A DNA stretch of 64,000 nucleotides from Eledone cirrhosa (GCA_964016885.1 OZ024749.1:13888001-13952000), one strand, 5' to 3'; positions 40,238-55,199 are shown, counted from the first letter of the stretch. A program made the numbers and translations. The notes: generated by a model from the letters alone, not told the origin.

Positions 40238-40517
40238 CCTAATTTCGTTCGATATTTACATCCATTTACTAAAAATTAAAAAAGATGAACTGTATATGTA
40301 TTTGTCTCACTGAATATAGATAAATAAACAATACAAACTCACAATGGAAAAGCAAATAATTTTATTTTCTACTCATGAATTACAGCTGCTTCTATTTTTT
40401 CGTAGTATATAATATCCTCAATTGTTAACATATCATATAACATTTTCATTGATCACGACACTTATAAAAACCATCACCTTTTTCAAGTGACCTTTTTCTG
40501 CACACACAATATATAAA

Positions 40518-42287
40518 ATAATAATAATAATGAAATTACTGTGTAAAGTGCTCAGGTGCACTACAACTCGTCAAAGGTGCATGTATAGTACATAGAATAA
40601 TACACAAATGTCAGGGAAGTGAATAGTGTATGAGTCATGATATACATGTGTGTATGTGTATGGAGGGGGAACATTAGGTGTAGTATTGACGAATCTCGGG
40701 AAGCATGGAGGCTTTAAAAGATGCAGTGTCTCGACAGCTAACAACCGATGCAGGTAGTTTGTTCCATGCTTCAGCAACTCTGAGTGTGAAAAAATGTTTC
40801 CGAAAGTCATGGGAACTGTACTGTTTTCTGACTTTGTGGGCATGCCCACGTGTGTTAGACACATGGAATTCAAAAAGGTACTCAGGGTTGTTGTTGGCAA
40901 GATGGTTAACAATTTTGTGGGTGTTTACCAAGTCAGTTGCCAGGCGTCGGAGCTTCAATGTATCCATGCCCAGGGAAGCAAGGCGCTCAGAGTATGGTTG
41001 ATGCCTGATGGAGGGTATTCGCTTGGTTGCACGTCTCTGAACAGTTTCCAGGCGGTCAATGTTCTGAGCAAGATAGGGGTGATGCAAATTCTAAGTGTGG
41101 CCGCACCATAGCCATGCACAGCCTTAAATAGATAGCTGGAGAGCGGCTGACAAAGGTCTTGCTGAGTGATGCTAAGACACCCTCGGCCCTCTTGACAATT
41201 TTAGAGACGTGCTTCGTCCAACGCAAATCGCTGCTGACCGTAATGCCCAGGTCACGTTCACAAGAAGACTTCTTGATATTAGTGCTGTGGAGGGAGTATG
41301 TGGACGCTGGGTTTTTACTCCCAAAATGGATGGTGGTGCACTTGTCCACAGCTAGCTTGAGTTGCCAGTCTGAGATCCATTGTTGCATTGTGTCCAGGTC
41401 AGACTGCAAGCAAGATCTATAATGTTCAGGATCTGTCCTTTTTATCTCAAGGTACAACTTGATGTCATCTGCGTACTTTAGTACTGTGGCATTCTTTAAG
41501 TTGGCATCCATGTCATTAATATATGCCACAAACAAAAGGGGGCCAAGAACAGATCCCTGTGGTACACCAGATGACATCTCATATGGTGAGGAATGCTGTC
41601 CCAGAACCGTGACTACCTCTCTTCGACTGAGAATGAAGGACTTCAACCAGTTAAAAAAATCATCCTCCACACCCATTGCAGAGAGTTTTACCATAAGCCT
41701 TTTGTGTGGCACAGAATTGAAAGCTTTCGCAAAGTCAAGGTAAACAACATCCACCCATGAGCCGCCATCAGTGATCCGGGTGATGTCTTCAAGAAACTCG
41801 AAAAGTTGATCACAGCAGCTGGAGTTGGGGATAAATCCAAATTGCGATGGCCGGATAAGACTGTGAGAGTTCCAGAAGTTCCAAAGTGTTTCTCTGACAC
41901 AGGATTCTATCAGTTTGGCAATGCAACTAGTAAGACTGACTGGACGATAGTTCACAGGTGATGTGCGGTCACCCTTTTTTAACAGAGGAATGACACTGGC
42001 AGTTTTCCACTGTTCTGGAGTAGCACTGTTGTTCAGACAGAATTGGAAGAAGCGTGATAGCTGGTGCAGAAGGAAGTACTCACCATGTTTGAGAAGCAGG
42101 TACGTAACACCATCAAGACCAGGAGAGGCATGGTTGCGTTTATTTTTTAGGTGACGTCGCAGCATTGCAGGTGTAAATTCCATGGTTGTAATAGAATCCG
42201 GTGTCATAGGTGGTGGAGACGGTACACTCTGATCTTCAACAGTGAAAATGCATGCAAAGCATTCAGCAATGAGCTCTGCGCATTCCT
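40518..42287 (-). mobile_element. CR1-clade LINE, 5'-truncated, reverse transcriptase pseudogene
   Basis: NYRPVSLTS, QFGF, VYLDFAKAF, GVPQGSVLGPLLF, KYADD, ERDLG, RPHLEFASP. A frameshift occurs near 41075, followed by LETVQRRATK...RGH...FFTLRVAEAWNKLP and an (ATT)n tail. Confidence 0.95.
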
Positions 42288-42692
42288 TATATATATGTAT
42301 ATATGTCTTATTACTTTTTCTTGGGATTATATTATTTTTATTCAAACGTCTATATTTTATTTTTTGTTTATTTGATATAATAAATTCTTTTTAAGCTTAT
42401 TCTTTATATCTGAACTTCATTTGAATATATAAAATTTAATTAGCGTAAAATTTTACTTATGTGAAAAGGTCCGGGAAAAGCACCATAAGCAATACTAACA
42501 TGCCCTTTTAAGAATCAACAAATGTTGGTTTGTCCCCCTCACATTTTAAAGGCAAACGAGGCCCCTGCACAGACACACATATGTTGAAACATACATGCAC
42601 ACTCACATTTCCACAAACGAATCCCCCCCCCCTACACATATATATGGAAATATATATATGGATAAATTTTGACTGACTATTCTCCAAACTTA

Positions 42693-42748
<56 letters not shown>

Positions 42749-43544
42749 AAAAGAGTCAGGACCCCGACGGCTGAGCTCCGGCCGTTTCGACAGGTAGATC
42801 CGAACAGTTTGGATCTAGCTTATAGGTTGACGAGACAAACATGGGTTTCACTGCTAGTACCGGTTGCATCTCAGCCTACCCAATAGGTAATTTTAAGTAA
42901 ACAGAATAGACACATAGTTATTCGCTTTAACACGACACACGTAAATGAGTACCTTCAAATTATACCCGAACTCGAGTTTCTGCCACACTTAATGCAGCAA
43001 TAGAGTGCACAGCATGCACTATCTGCATTTATCCTGCAACGATACACAATCGGCGCGTGTGGTTTCATCAGCGGATTTCGCTTAATCAATAACCAATCGA
43101 GCGACAGAATTCGATTCCAGTCCGTGTCGGCTATGACTGTATGTGACGGTTAACACAGTAAAACATTAGCGACTGAAATTCCTACGCGTCATCACAATGC
43201 CGTCAACCGATTGGCCATTGGTTCAGAAATTTATGTGACGGCAGGAGACGAAAATTCAAATAGTTCCGCTCCTGCCAACTTATCCTAAACACAAATTCAC
43301 AAGCGAGTGAAAGTCGGTTATTAAAAAAAGAATCAGTCTCCAATCGCTGTACAATAGAATGGTAGCATTTGGCTCTAGTCTCCAAGTCCCATGGCGAGAA
43401 ATAGTGCCGCAGTAATAATGGTAGGGCCTAAAACCTTTCCAGACATTAAATGCCAACCGGTGATTAGACAGCGATATATATGTTCGTGTGTACATGCATA
43501 CATATATGCATACATACATGCACACACACACACACACACACACA

Positions 43545-43593
<49 letters not shown>

Positions 43594-43724
43594 AGTGACA
43601 CCAGTTCCAACAACTGTCACCAGGATGTCCAGAAAATATTGTTGTTGTTGTTATTGTTAGATCTCATCTTCAAAGAACCGATTGTTGTTTTGTCTTCAAT
43701 ACTCTGGTGGTTTCACTTCGTATC

Positions 43725-43788
<64 letters not shown>

Positions 43789-43858
43789 GCACCACCACCT
43801 CTACCATAACTACACATTTGTCTCTCTCTTTATATCTATCTATCAATCTCTCTCTCTC

Positions 43859-43994
<136 letters not shown>

Positions 43995-44136
43995 TGTGTG
44001 TGTGTGTGTGTGTGTAACTGAAGATTAGATATGACAAGACACCCGTGGTTTGTTAATAATGTCTATGAAACTAGCAGTTTTTAAAGTGTACTACTAATAT
44101 TACTCCCCCCTCTCTCTCTTTCTATATATATATATG

Positions 44137-44214
44137 CAGGATGTCCCCCAAAATATGCACACACTTCAACAGCATTCTAATAAAAATGTGTATACATTTT
44201 TTCGGGACACCCTG
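44137..44214. mobile_element. Tc1/mariner-type MITE remnant (~78 bp)
   Basis: Imperfect terminal inverted repeats CAGG(A/G)TGTCCC..AAAA.ATG.A.ACAC, sitting in a TA tract. Confidence 0.65.
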
Positions 44215-44942
44215 TATATATAAAATCATTTGCTGTTAATCAACAGTAAATGTCGATGAGTTTTTGCTGCATGAAATGGTACCATGTAGGCTTTGTAAAA
44301 ACTTCCTGGCAGTGTAAGTATAATGATTTCTACTATAGGTACAAGGTCAACAATAATCCCAGTGTATTACTGGTACTTTATTTTATCGACCTCGTAAGGA
44401 TGAAAGTGTAAGTATAATACTTATACTTTCTCTGCGGTTTTTAACTGAATTAGATTGTTCTCTGCAAAATATTAGTTTTAGGGGTTTCCTAAGATATTGG
44501 TAGTGTGCAAAGTTCTGCGGTCTTTGATTTTTAGCCCTAATTCTCTCATTAGGATTATAGAATCACGTGATTGTTATATATCGATCTCTTTTGGCACTTA
44601 AAAAAAGGTTAGTCCATACACAACTGTGTATATCATCTTTCGAACTCTGCGCACATTCACAAACAACCAATAACACAGCCTTGTTTTCCTATTTTATCAT
44701 CAATAACCTCGTAGCAGGTTATTCCTTAATAACATTTATTTAAGTAGCGATTATAGTCTATTTGTTCATTCAGCGGCATTTTAAAGAGAGCTTCAAACTC
44801 ACAAGTGTGTAGGTGTAAAGATATGAATGCGTATGTGAGGAATGTAATGTCAGTATTCCTAAAGACCCAGTCTTGATCTTTGCTGCAATGTTATATGTAG
44901 AAATATACACACCTTCGCATATTTTTATCTCCCCCCCCCCCT

Positions 44943-45002
<60 letters not shown>

Positions 45003-45321
45003 AGGGGGGGGGGGATAAAAATATAGATATATATATAGATATATAGACACTCTATATTTGGGGATGGTCATTTTGCCAGTATTGCAAATAAAAAGAAACC
45101 CACGCACCATATGATACACATACATACACCCAAATATATATATACACACACACACACACATACACATATATATATATGTAGAAGTTATATTTAATTTGTT
45201 GGGATACAACAAGCAAATATTTTTATAACTGATATAAAGCACTCAACAAATTTTTGGAGTAAAAGTACAATATATTCTTTAAGGGTATGTCAATATTTGT
45301 TTATAAAACTGATCTATATTA

Positions 45322-45386
45322 TATTTTATCTGATGAAAGCGCACCATAATTTGCTTTGGTGTCCTTGAAATATGTATAATGAAATA
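45322..45386 (+). ncRNA. Minimal type I hammerhead ribozyme
   Basis: TATTTTAT-CTGATGA-AAGCGCACCA(10 nt)TGGTGTCCTT-GAAAT-ATGT-ATA|ATGAAATA. Confidence 0.82.
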
Positions 45387-45424
45387 ATCATGGTTTTATA
45401 AATATAGTTTCCATTTGTTAATAT

Positions 45425-45491
<67 letters not shown>

Positions 45492-45493
<2 letters not shown>

Positions 45494-45683
45494 CGAAGGA
45501 ATTGTGGTAAGAAACCAAATGGACCATAACGCACCTAAGTACTCAATACTTAGGGTAGTAGAGTGGGTAATAGGAACAAGTATGACCCCGACGGCAGAGC
45601 TCAAGCCGTTTCGACGGCTATTTCTAGACTGCAGAAATAGCCGTCGAAACGGCTTGAGCTCTGCCGTCGGGGTCATACTTGTT

Positions 45684-45688
<5 letters not shown>
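45492..45688. mobile_element. Fold-back pLTR remnant in (TA)n
   Basis: Perfect ~56-bp arms 45570-45625 and 45633-45688 contain CGAAACGGC. The left extension has the bulged hairpin. A related single copy lies at ~42745-42830. Confidence 0.7.
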
Positions 45689-45719
<31 letters not shown>

Positions 45720-45891
45720 TAAATCTATATATATATCTATATATATATATATATAATATAGATAAATCTACCAAAAGTTTACGGTAGTGTCCAATCCGTA
45801 TGAAGAACTCAATGTAATCCGGATATCATGAAAAGAGAAGATGCATTCAAAAACTACTTTCGGTGAAAAATAAACGGAAAACAGAGTCAAG

Positions 45892-46264
45892 ATAAATTAA
45901 TAAAATAATGAATAAACAAAGAAATAGTTCCTTATATTAAAAAAATTCATCATTTTACGATCGTTTCTAGGATATATATGTGTTAGAGTTGGTATGCATA
46001 TTCTATAGATCTATGTACAATATTTCTACAAACTATCAGAGGGAATATACATACCTACACATATATATGCTGTCTTCTGAAGACAGCATATATATGTGTA
46101 GGTATGTATATTCCCTCGGATAGTTTGTAGAAATATTGTACATAGATCTATAGAATATGCATACCAACTCTAACACATATATATCCTAGAAACGATCGTA
46201 AAATGATGAATTTTTTTAATATAAGGAACTATTTCTTTGTTTAGTCATTATTTTATTAATTTAT
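45892..46264. mobile_element. ~185-bp-arm palindrome carrying a long-stem-II hammerhead
   Basis: Centre at 46078 with about 2 arm mismatches. CTGAAGA at 46077-46083 and GAAAC-GATC-GTA at 46189-46200. Confidence 0.85.
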
Positions 46265-46285
46265 ATATATATATATATATACATG

Positions 46286-46370
<85 letters not shown>

Positions 46371-46399
46371 ATATATATGTATATATATATGTATGTATG

Positions 46400-46436
<37 letters not shown>

Positions 46437-46747
46437 GTATATATGTATATATGTATATATGTATGTATGTATATATATATATATTTGTGTGTGTATGTGT
46501 GTATGCATACATACACACACACACACACACACGTGTGTGTATTTGGAGAGAGGAAGAGAGATAGAGATTCTACATCTAGTTCTTTTTTTTTAGTAACACT
46601 ATATGTGAGTGGAGGTATATGAGTGACTCTTAGTAGAATAACTACAGCTGTTTGAGTGAAACTTAACCATTTCCACTTATAGTATCACCTCTTACTTCAC
46701 ACAGTTGTAAATAGACTAACAGATAGACAGACACACTCCCAGGGGGA

Positions 46748-46848
<101 letters not shown>

Positions 46849-46901
46849 GTGTATAGTGGTAGCTATGGTGCTTCCATAGGCGGTATGCCTAAATATATAT
46901 G

Positions 46902-46959
<58 letters not shown>

Positions 46960-46984
46960 CATATATATATATATATATATATAT

Positions 46985-47304
46985 ACAATGATATTAAATA
47001 AATGGAAACTATATTTATAAAACCATATTTACTTTATTATATATATTTGAAGGGTACCAAAAGAATTGGTACACTTTCTTCAGATAGAATACAAAGTTTG
47101 TTTTATAAATAGAGACATACCCTTATCAGTTGGATATTCTAAAATAAATATGGTTTTATAAATATAGTTTCCATTTAATAAATATAGTTTCTATTTAATA
47201 TCATTGAATATTTACTCCAGAAAACTGTTGAGTGCTCTAAATCAGTTATAAACATTTATATTTATATTTGTCGGATTTCCAACAAATTAAATACCCCTTC
47301 TACT

Positions 47305-47306
<2 letters not shown>
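46985..47306. mobile_element. Head-to-head pLTR pair with minus-strand hammerhead (G12C) at ~47030-47092
   Basis: Same family as 45322 and 53074. Minus strand reads TATTCTAT-CTGAAGA-AAGTGTACCAA...TTGGTACCCTT-CAAAT-ATAT-ATA. A plus-strand tail starts at 47144. Confidence 0.75.
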
Positions 47307-47402
<96 letters not shown>

Positions 47403-47403
<1 letters not shown>

Positions 47404-47559
47404 GTCCCGGGTTCAGTCGGGGGTAACCACAGTAAGTAAGGTACTCAATACATAGTAGAGTATATGCAATTTTAATATAGAAAAGGCTTCTACAGGACTA
47501 GAACTGTTTCATTCCAATGAAACAGTTCTAGTCCTGCAGAAGCCATTTTCTATATTAAA
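47403..47559. mobile_element. Short fold-back pLTR remnant
   Basis: Arms 47471-47513 and 47516-47559 contain GAAACAGTT. A bulged hairpin lies at 47440-47461 (minus). Confidence 0.62.
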
Positions 47560-47560
47560 C

Positions 47561-47683
<123 letters not shown>

Positions 47684-47757
47684 ATATATGTATGCGAGTA
47701 TGTATATATATATATATATATATATATAAGCGTGTATGTATGCGAGTATGTATACAC

Positions 47758-47797
<40 letters not shown>

Positions 47798-47882
47798 TTA
47801 TACACGGCTCGATGTAGATACATAGAAAATAGTTTGACTGATAGATAGATAATTAGGTAGAGAGATAGATAGATAGAGAGAG

Positions 47883-47937
<55 letters not shown>

Positions 47938-47959
47938 TAGAGAGATAGAGAGATAGATA

Positions 47960-48001
<42 letters not shown>

Positions 48002-48100
48002 TTTATAAATGCCTTGGTGATAGAACTTTTACGAAGCTGGTACATGTTACAAAAATCTGAACCCCACCCCTTCCCTGTTGATGATGTTGATAAAGGAACT

Positions 48101-48101
<1 letters not shown>

Positions 48102-48169
<68 letters not shown>

Positions 48170-48190
48170 CAGTAGTACCAGTAGTAGTAA

Positions 48191-48244
<54 letters not shown>

Positions 48245-48247
48245 CAA

Positions 48248-48300
<53 letters not shown>

Positions 48301-48338
48301 ACAGTAGTAGTAGCAGCAGCAGCAGTAGTAGTAGTAAC

Positions 48339-48379
<41 letters not shown>

Positions 48380-48401
48380 CAGCAGCAGCAGCAGAAGTAA
48401 C

Positions 48402-48439
<38 letters not shown>

Positions 48440-48461
48440 CAGCAGCAGCAGCAGAAGTAAC

Positions 48462-48493
<32 letters not shown>

Positions 48494-48496
48494 CAG

Positions 48497-48565
<69 letters not shown>
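48102..48565. repeat. (AGT/AGC)n microsatellite
   Basis: Direct reading. A similar tract lies at 34003-34220. Confidence 0.97.
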
Positions 48566-48884
48566 TGCTTGAAGATAAATGGAAGGTTCGGGAAAACGAT
48601 GAAAAAAAGAGACAAAAAAAAGAGAGAGAGAAAGAGAGAGAGAGAGAAGCAATTTTATGCACATGTGTTTATTATACATACATGCATGCATACATATATG
48701 CATATATACACATATGCATGCATACATATATACATACATACGTGCAATCATACATACGCACATACATGCATACATACATGCATGTATGTATCCATGCATA
48801 CATGCAAATATGCATGGATACATGTATATATGTATGCATGCATACATACATATGTGCATACATATATACGTATATATGTATGTA

Positions 48885-48945
<61 letters not shown>

Positions 48946-49312
48946 TTTCGCGGTTTCAGTCATAAGACTTCGATAATGCTAGGACACCGCCATGATTTTA
49001 GTCGATCATATCGACCCTGGTTCATCGTAGAGGGACATCTTCTTCACTCGACAGTTGATGATAAGAAAATTCCGCAGTACAAGCATTATTATGTAGTGGT
49101 GAGGTAGGGGCGCCGTAGTGCCAGAGTTGTATACGGCTGCTGCGGTAGGGAGAGGGGGGGGGCATTAAATAAACTAAAGAAAACCCCGCAAGGTCCATTA
49201 CATCTCCAGATCTGAATCAGTGGATTTTTTTTCCAGAGAATGAGAAATAGAGAAAAAGAGAGAGAAAGAGGAAATGGGATAGAACGAGAGGGTGAGTGTG
49301 AAGTAATGGGAA

Positions 49313-49379
<67 letters not shown>

Positions 49380-49748
49380 GCGAGAGAGAGAGAGCGAGAG
49401 AGAGATAGAGATGAAATGAGAGAGAGAGAAAATGGGATAGAGTGAGAGAGTGAGAGCGAGTGAGGTAATGGGAAGGAGAGAGAGATGTAATGGGAAAGAG
49501 AGAGAGAGCGAGAGAGAGATAGCGATGAAATGAGAGAGGACGGAAATGGGAGAGAGAGAGAGAGAATTAGAGAGGAAATAAGAGAGACGTAGAGAAAGAA
49601 TCCACCCCACTACTGAACTGGTACTTTATTTATCGACCAAACAATGATGAAAGGCAAAGTTGACATCGGCGGGATTTGAACTCTGAGAGCAGAGTACCAC
49701 AAGAAATAACGCTGGAAAACCTTCTAGCCGATGTTCCAATTTTTTCGA

Positions 49749-52700
49749 GGTTTTAGTATTGTATGGCTGGGTTTTGGTATTGTGTGGCTGGGTTTTGGTA
49801 TTGTATGGCTGGGTTTTGGTATTGTGTGGCTGGGTTTTGGTATTGTATGGCTGGGTTTTGGTATTGTATGGCTGGGCTTTGGTATTGTATGGCTGGGTTT
49901 TAGTATTGTATGGCTGGGTTTTGGTATTGTATGGCTGGGTTTTAGTATTGTATGGCTGGGTTTTGGTATTGTATGGCTGGGTTTTAGTATTGTATGGCTG
50001 GGTTTTGGTATTGTATGGCTGGGTTTTAGTATTGTATGGCTGGGTTTTGGTATTGTATGGCTGGGTTTTGGTATTGTATGGCTGGGTTTTAGTATTGTAT
50101 GGCTGGGTTTTGGTATTGTATGGCTGGGTTTTGGTATTGTATGGCTGGGTTTTAGTATTGTATGGCTGGGTTTTGGCATTGTATGGCTGGGTTTTGGTAT
50201 TGTATGGCTGGGTTTTGGTATTGTATGGCTGGGTTTTGGTATTGTATGGCTGGGTTTTAGTATTGTATGGCTGGGTTTTGGTATTGTATGGCTGGGTTTT
50301 GGTATTGTATGGCTGGGTTTTGGTATTGTATGGCTGGGTTTTAGTATTGTATGGCTGGGTTTTGGTATTGTATGGCTGGGTTTTAGTATTGTATGGCTGG
50401 GTTTTGGTATTGTATGGCTGGGTTTTAGTATTGTATGGCTGGGTTTTGGTATTGTATGGCTGGGTTTTAGTATTGTATGGCTGGGTTTTGGTATTGTATG
50501 GCTGGGTTTTGGTATTGTATGGCTGGGTTTTGGTATTGTGTGGCTGGGTTTTAGTATTGTATGGCTGGGTTTTGGTATTGTGTGGCTGGGTTTTGGTATT
50601 GTGTGGCTGGGTTTTGGTATTGTGTGGCTGGGTTTTGGTATTGTATGGCTGGGTTTTGGTATTGTATGGCTGGGTTTTGGTATTGTATGGCTGGGTTTTG
50701 GTACTGTATGGCTGGGTTTTGGTATTGTGTGGCTGGGTTTTGGTATTGTGTGGCTGGGTTTTGGTATTGTGTGGCTGGGTTTTGGTATTGTATGGCTGGG
50801 TTTTGGTATTGTATGGCTGGGCTTTGGTATTGTATGGCTGGGTTTTAGTATTGTATGGCTGGGTTTTGGTATTGTATGGCTGGGTTTTAGTATTGTATGG
50901 CTGGGTTTTGGTATTGTATGGCTGGGTTTTGGTATTGTATGGCTGGGTTTTAGTATTGTATGGCTGGGTTTTGGTATTGTATGGCTGGGTTTTGGTATTG
51001 TATGGCTGGGTTTTGGTATTGTGTGGCTGGGTTTTAGTATTGTATGGCTGGGTTTTGGTATTGTGTGGCTGGGTTTTGGTATTGTGTGGCTGGGTTTTGG
51101 TATTGTGTGGCTGGGTTTTGGTATTGTATGGCTGGGTTTTGGTATTGTATGGCTGGGTTTTGGTATTGTATGGCTGGGTTTTGGTACTGTATGGCTGGGT
51201 TTTGGTATTGTGTGGCTGGGTTTTGGTATTGTGTGGCTGGGTTTTGGTATTGTGTGGCTGGGTTTTGGTATTGTATGGCTGGGTTTTGGTATTGTATGGC
51301 TGGGCTTTGGTATTGTATGGCTGGGTTTTAGTATTGTATGGCTGGGTTTTGGTATTGTATGGCTGGGTTTTAGTATTGTATGGCTGGGTTTTGGTATTGT
51401 ATGGCTGGGTTTTGGTACTGTATGGCTGGGTTTTGGTATTGTATGGCTGGGTTTTGGTATTGTATGGCTGGGTTTTGGTATTGTATGGCTGGGTTTTAGT
51501 ATTGTATGGCTGGGTTTTGGTATTGTATGGCTGGGTTTTGGTATTGTATGGCTGGGTTTTGGTATTGTATGGCTGGGTTTTGGTACTGTATGGCTGGGTT
51601 TTGGTATTGTATGGCTGGGTTTTAGTATTGTATGGCTGGGTTTTGGTATTGTATGGCTGTGTTTTGGTATTGTATGGCTGGGTTTTGGTATTGTATGGCT
51701 GGGTTTTAGTATTGTATGGCTGGGTTTTGGTATTGTATGGCTGGGTTTTGGTATTGTATGGCTGGGTTTTGGTATTGTATGGCTGGGTTTTAGTATTGTA
51801 TGGCTGGGTTTTGGTATTGTATGGCTGGGTTTTGGTATTGTATGGCTGGGTTTTGGTATTGTATGGCTGGGTTTTGGTATTGTATGGCTGGGTTTTGGTA
51901 CTGTATGGCTGGGTTTTGGTATTGTATGGCTGGGTTTTGGTATTGTATGGCTGGGTTTTGGTATTGTATGGCTGGGTTTTAGTATTGTATGGCTGGGTTT
52001 TGGTATTGTATGGCTGGGTTTTGGTATTGTATGGCTGGGTTTTGGTATTGTATGGCTGGGTTTTGGTATTGTATGGCTGGGTTTTGGTATTGTATGGCTG
52101 GGTTTTGGTACTGTATGGCTGGGTTTTGGTATTGTATGGCTGGGTTTTGGTATTGTATGGCTGGGTTTTGGTAGTGTATGGCTGGGTTTTAGTATTGTAT
52201 GGCTGGGTTTTGGTACTGTATGGCTGGGTTTTGGTATTGTATGGCTGGGTTTTGGTATTGTATGGCTGTTTTTGGTATTGTATGGCTGGGTTTTGGTATT
52301 GTATGGCTGGGTTTTAGTACTTTATGACTGGGTTTTGGTATTGTATGGCTGGGTTTTGGTATTGTATGGCTGGGTTTTGGTATTGTATGGTTGGGTTTTG
52401 GTATTGTATGGCTGGGTTTTGGTATTGTATGGTTGGGTTTTGGTATTGTATGGTTGGGTTTTGGTATTGTATGGCTGGGTTTGGGTATTGTATGGCTGGA
52501 TTTTGGTATTGTATGGTTGGATTTTGGTATTGTATGGTTGGGTTTTGGTATTGTATGGCTGGGTTTTGGTATTGTATGGCTGGGTTTTGGTATTGTATGG
52601 CTGGGTTTTGGTATTGTATGGCTGGGTTTTGGTATTGTATGGCAGGGTTTTGGTATTGTATGGCTGGGTTTAGGTATTGTATGGCTGGGTTTGGGTATTG

Positions 52701-52819
52701 TATGGCTGGGTTTTGGTATTGTATGGCTGGGTTTTGGTATTGTATGGCAGGGTTTTGGTATTGTATGGCTGGGTTTAGGTATTGTATGGCTGGGTTTGGG
52801 TATTGTATGGCTGGGTTTT
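49749..52819. repeat. 21-bp minisatellite, ~145 copies
   Basis: Unit GGTTTTGGTATTGTATGGCTG. The variant pattern repeats at a 483-bp offset (50561 versus 51044). Confidence 0.98.
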
Positions 52820-52970
52820 GCCTGCCGCAATTTTCAATTTGTCAAGCTATCTAAACGTATGTTATTACTCTAAAGGACCTACCCTCATTGAGTGCTTTGC
52901 TACTCATTCCTTATTGTAGGTCGATTTTGCTAGGCCGCAGACAAAACTTCGATTTTACTAAGATTCCACT

Positions 52971-53003
<33 letters not shown>

Positions 53004-53073
53004 CTACCCAAGGAAAATTCAACTGATAAGGTATGTTTCCTTGGTTATGTCAAAATTTATAAAACACACTTTG

Positions 53074-53135
53074 TATTTTATCTGATGAAAGCGTACCAAA
53101 GTTTTTGGTACCCTTGAAATATATATAATAGAATA
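53074..53135 (+). ncRNA. Minimal type I hammerhead ribozyme
   Basis: TATTTTAT-CTGATGA-AAGCGTACCAAA(GTT)TTTGGTACCCTT-GAAAT-ATAT-ATA|ATAGAATA, then AATAAA. Confidence 0.86.
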
Positions 53136-53174
53136 AATATGGTTTTATAAATATAGTCTCCATTTATTTAATAT

Positions 53175-53247
<73 letters not shown>

Positions 53248-53379
53248 CATATAATGTAGGAGCTGAGTTTTATTGTAGCACAATAAAGCAATGCAAATAT
53301 CGGATAAGTAGCACTCAACAGTTTATAGGACTAGAGTATAAATAATATAAGATAAAAAGATGGTTAAAAGAGTTCCATG

Positions 53380-53450
53380 TATTTTATTATGCGCATTTCA
53401 AAAACATATATCATCATGGGAAGATATTTGCGTTCTCATCAGATAAAATA
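53380..53450 (-). ncRNA. Minimal type I hammerhead ribozyme
   Basis: TATTTTAT-CTGATGA-GAACG..ATATC...GATAT.TGTTTTT-GAAAT-GCGC-ATA|ATAAAATA. Confidence 0.82.
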
Positions 53451-53478
53451 GGGAGACATGATATGAAGCTTAAAAAAC

Positions 53479-53540
53479 ACTTGCGAGCAGTGAAGTGTTA
53501 AATCTACATATGTAGATTTAACACTTCACTGCTCGCAAGT
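53479..53540. repeat. Perfect 62-bp palindrome joining two oppositely oriented hammerhead modules
   Basis: ACTTGCGAGCAGTGAAGTGTTAAATCTACAT|ATGTAGATTTAACACTTCACTGCTCGCAAGT. Confidence 0.93.
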
Positions 53541-53624
53541 ATATACCAAAGTTTTTGCTACCCTTGAAATATATATAATAGAATAAATATGGTTTTATAA
53601 ATATAGTTTCCATTTATTTAATAT

Positions 53625-53656
<32 letters not shown>

Positions 53657-53690
53657 GTGCGTGTGTGTGTAAAAGATAAACAGAAATAAC

Positions 53691-53737
<47 letters not shown>

Positions 53738-54239
53738 TACATACACGTACACATACATACACACATATTTACATACAGCTATTGACAACAATATTGTTAT
53801 ATTTCCTGTCACAGTCCACCCTCCATTCCTTCCTACATGGAACCAGTTCTTATTCCGCTACTTCTACTACAACAGAACTCACCCCCCTCTCTCTCTCTCA
53901 CTCTCTCTCTTTCTCTTACCCCCTCTCTCTTTTTCTGACTCGCTCTCACGCTTTCTCTCTCTACCTCCCTATCTCTACCCCTGTGTGAGTCTAACTCTCT
54001 TTTCTTCTCTCCCTCTCTCTCTCTCTCTCTACCTCCCTATCTCCGCCCCGCCCCTGTGTGAGTCTCTCTCTCTCTATCTCCCTCTCTCTCTCTCTCACTC
54101 TTTCTCTTACCCCCCCCTCTCTTACTCGCTCTCTTTTTCTTTTACTCCCCTCTCTCTTTTTCTTTTACTCCCCTCTCTCTTTTTCTGTCTCGCTCACGCT
54201 CTCTATCTCTCAACCTCCCTATCTCCGCTCATGTGTTAG

Positions 54240-54340
<101 letters not shown>

Positions 54341-55030
54341 TTGTCTCTCTGTTTCTGCCTCTCATTCTCTCTGTCTATGTCCTCCCCTGTGTGTGCCTCT
54401 CTACCATCTTTCCTCCTGCCTTTCTCTCTCTCCCTATCATTATCTCTCTCTCTATCTCAAACCCCTCTATCTCTACCGCACTCTCTCACTCTCTCTCTAC
54501 CCGCCTCTCTCTATCCTTATCTCTCTATTTATCTCAACACCTCTCTCTCTATCCCTCTCTTTCTGTATCCTTATCTCTCTCCCTCTATCTCAACACCTCT
54601 CTCTCTACCCCTCTCTATCTCTCTCAACCCCTGTCTCACTACCACTCTCTCTCTCTCTCTCTCTATCCTTATCTCTCTCTCTATCTCAACGCCCCCTCTC
54701 TCTCTACCCTGTCTCACTATCATAACGACGACCATGAAACACTGCAAAACATGGCAAACGAAAACCTACTTTAGTGTAAAACTATTAAGAGAATATATTT
54801 ACATATGATAATTTTTTATATTTTCAAAAACATCCACATTTTAAGCAGAACTCTTTCCATCATATCTTCGTGTTCTTCAAAATCTCGCCATATTCTTAGA
54901 ACCAACATCCTTTACTTCTTAGATATCTTCACCTTTCTTCTGTTAATAACAGCAACTAGGATTTTGGCTCCTACGGAATTCTTGCAGCAAACTTACGAAA
55001 ACTCTTCTACATAAAGGAACTTTTCTACAA

Positions 55031-55067
<37 letters not shown>

Positions 55068-55199
55068 AATACATACATATACACATATATATTAAAAACA
55101 ACTAATATACACACATATATATATATATGTGTGTGTGTGTTAGTAGAGGGGGGAAGTTTTCCTATACTTTTATATAAAAATATATAAAATGAGATAAAC

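Noticed and set aside
41056-42345. Intact 429-aa reverse transcriptase gene
   Set aside because: The ORF start lies in flanking AT-rich DNA, the endonuclease domain is missing and a frameshift splits the C-terminus. It is a dead CR1 copy.
49731-52873. 980-aa and 852-aa ORFs of (LGFGIVW)n and (VLVLYGW)n
   Set aside because: These are by-products of a stop-poor 21-bp unit. Several frames are open at once and there is no unique coding sequence.
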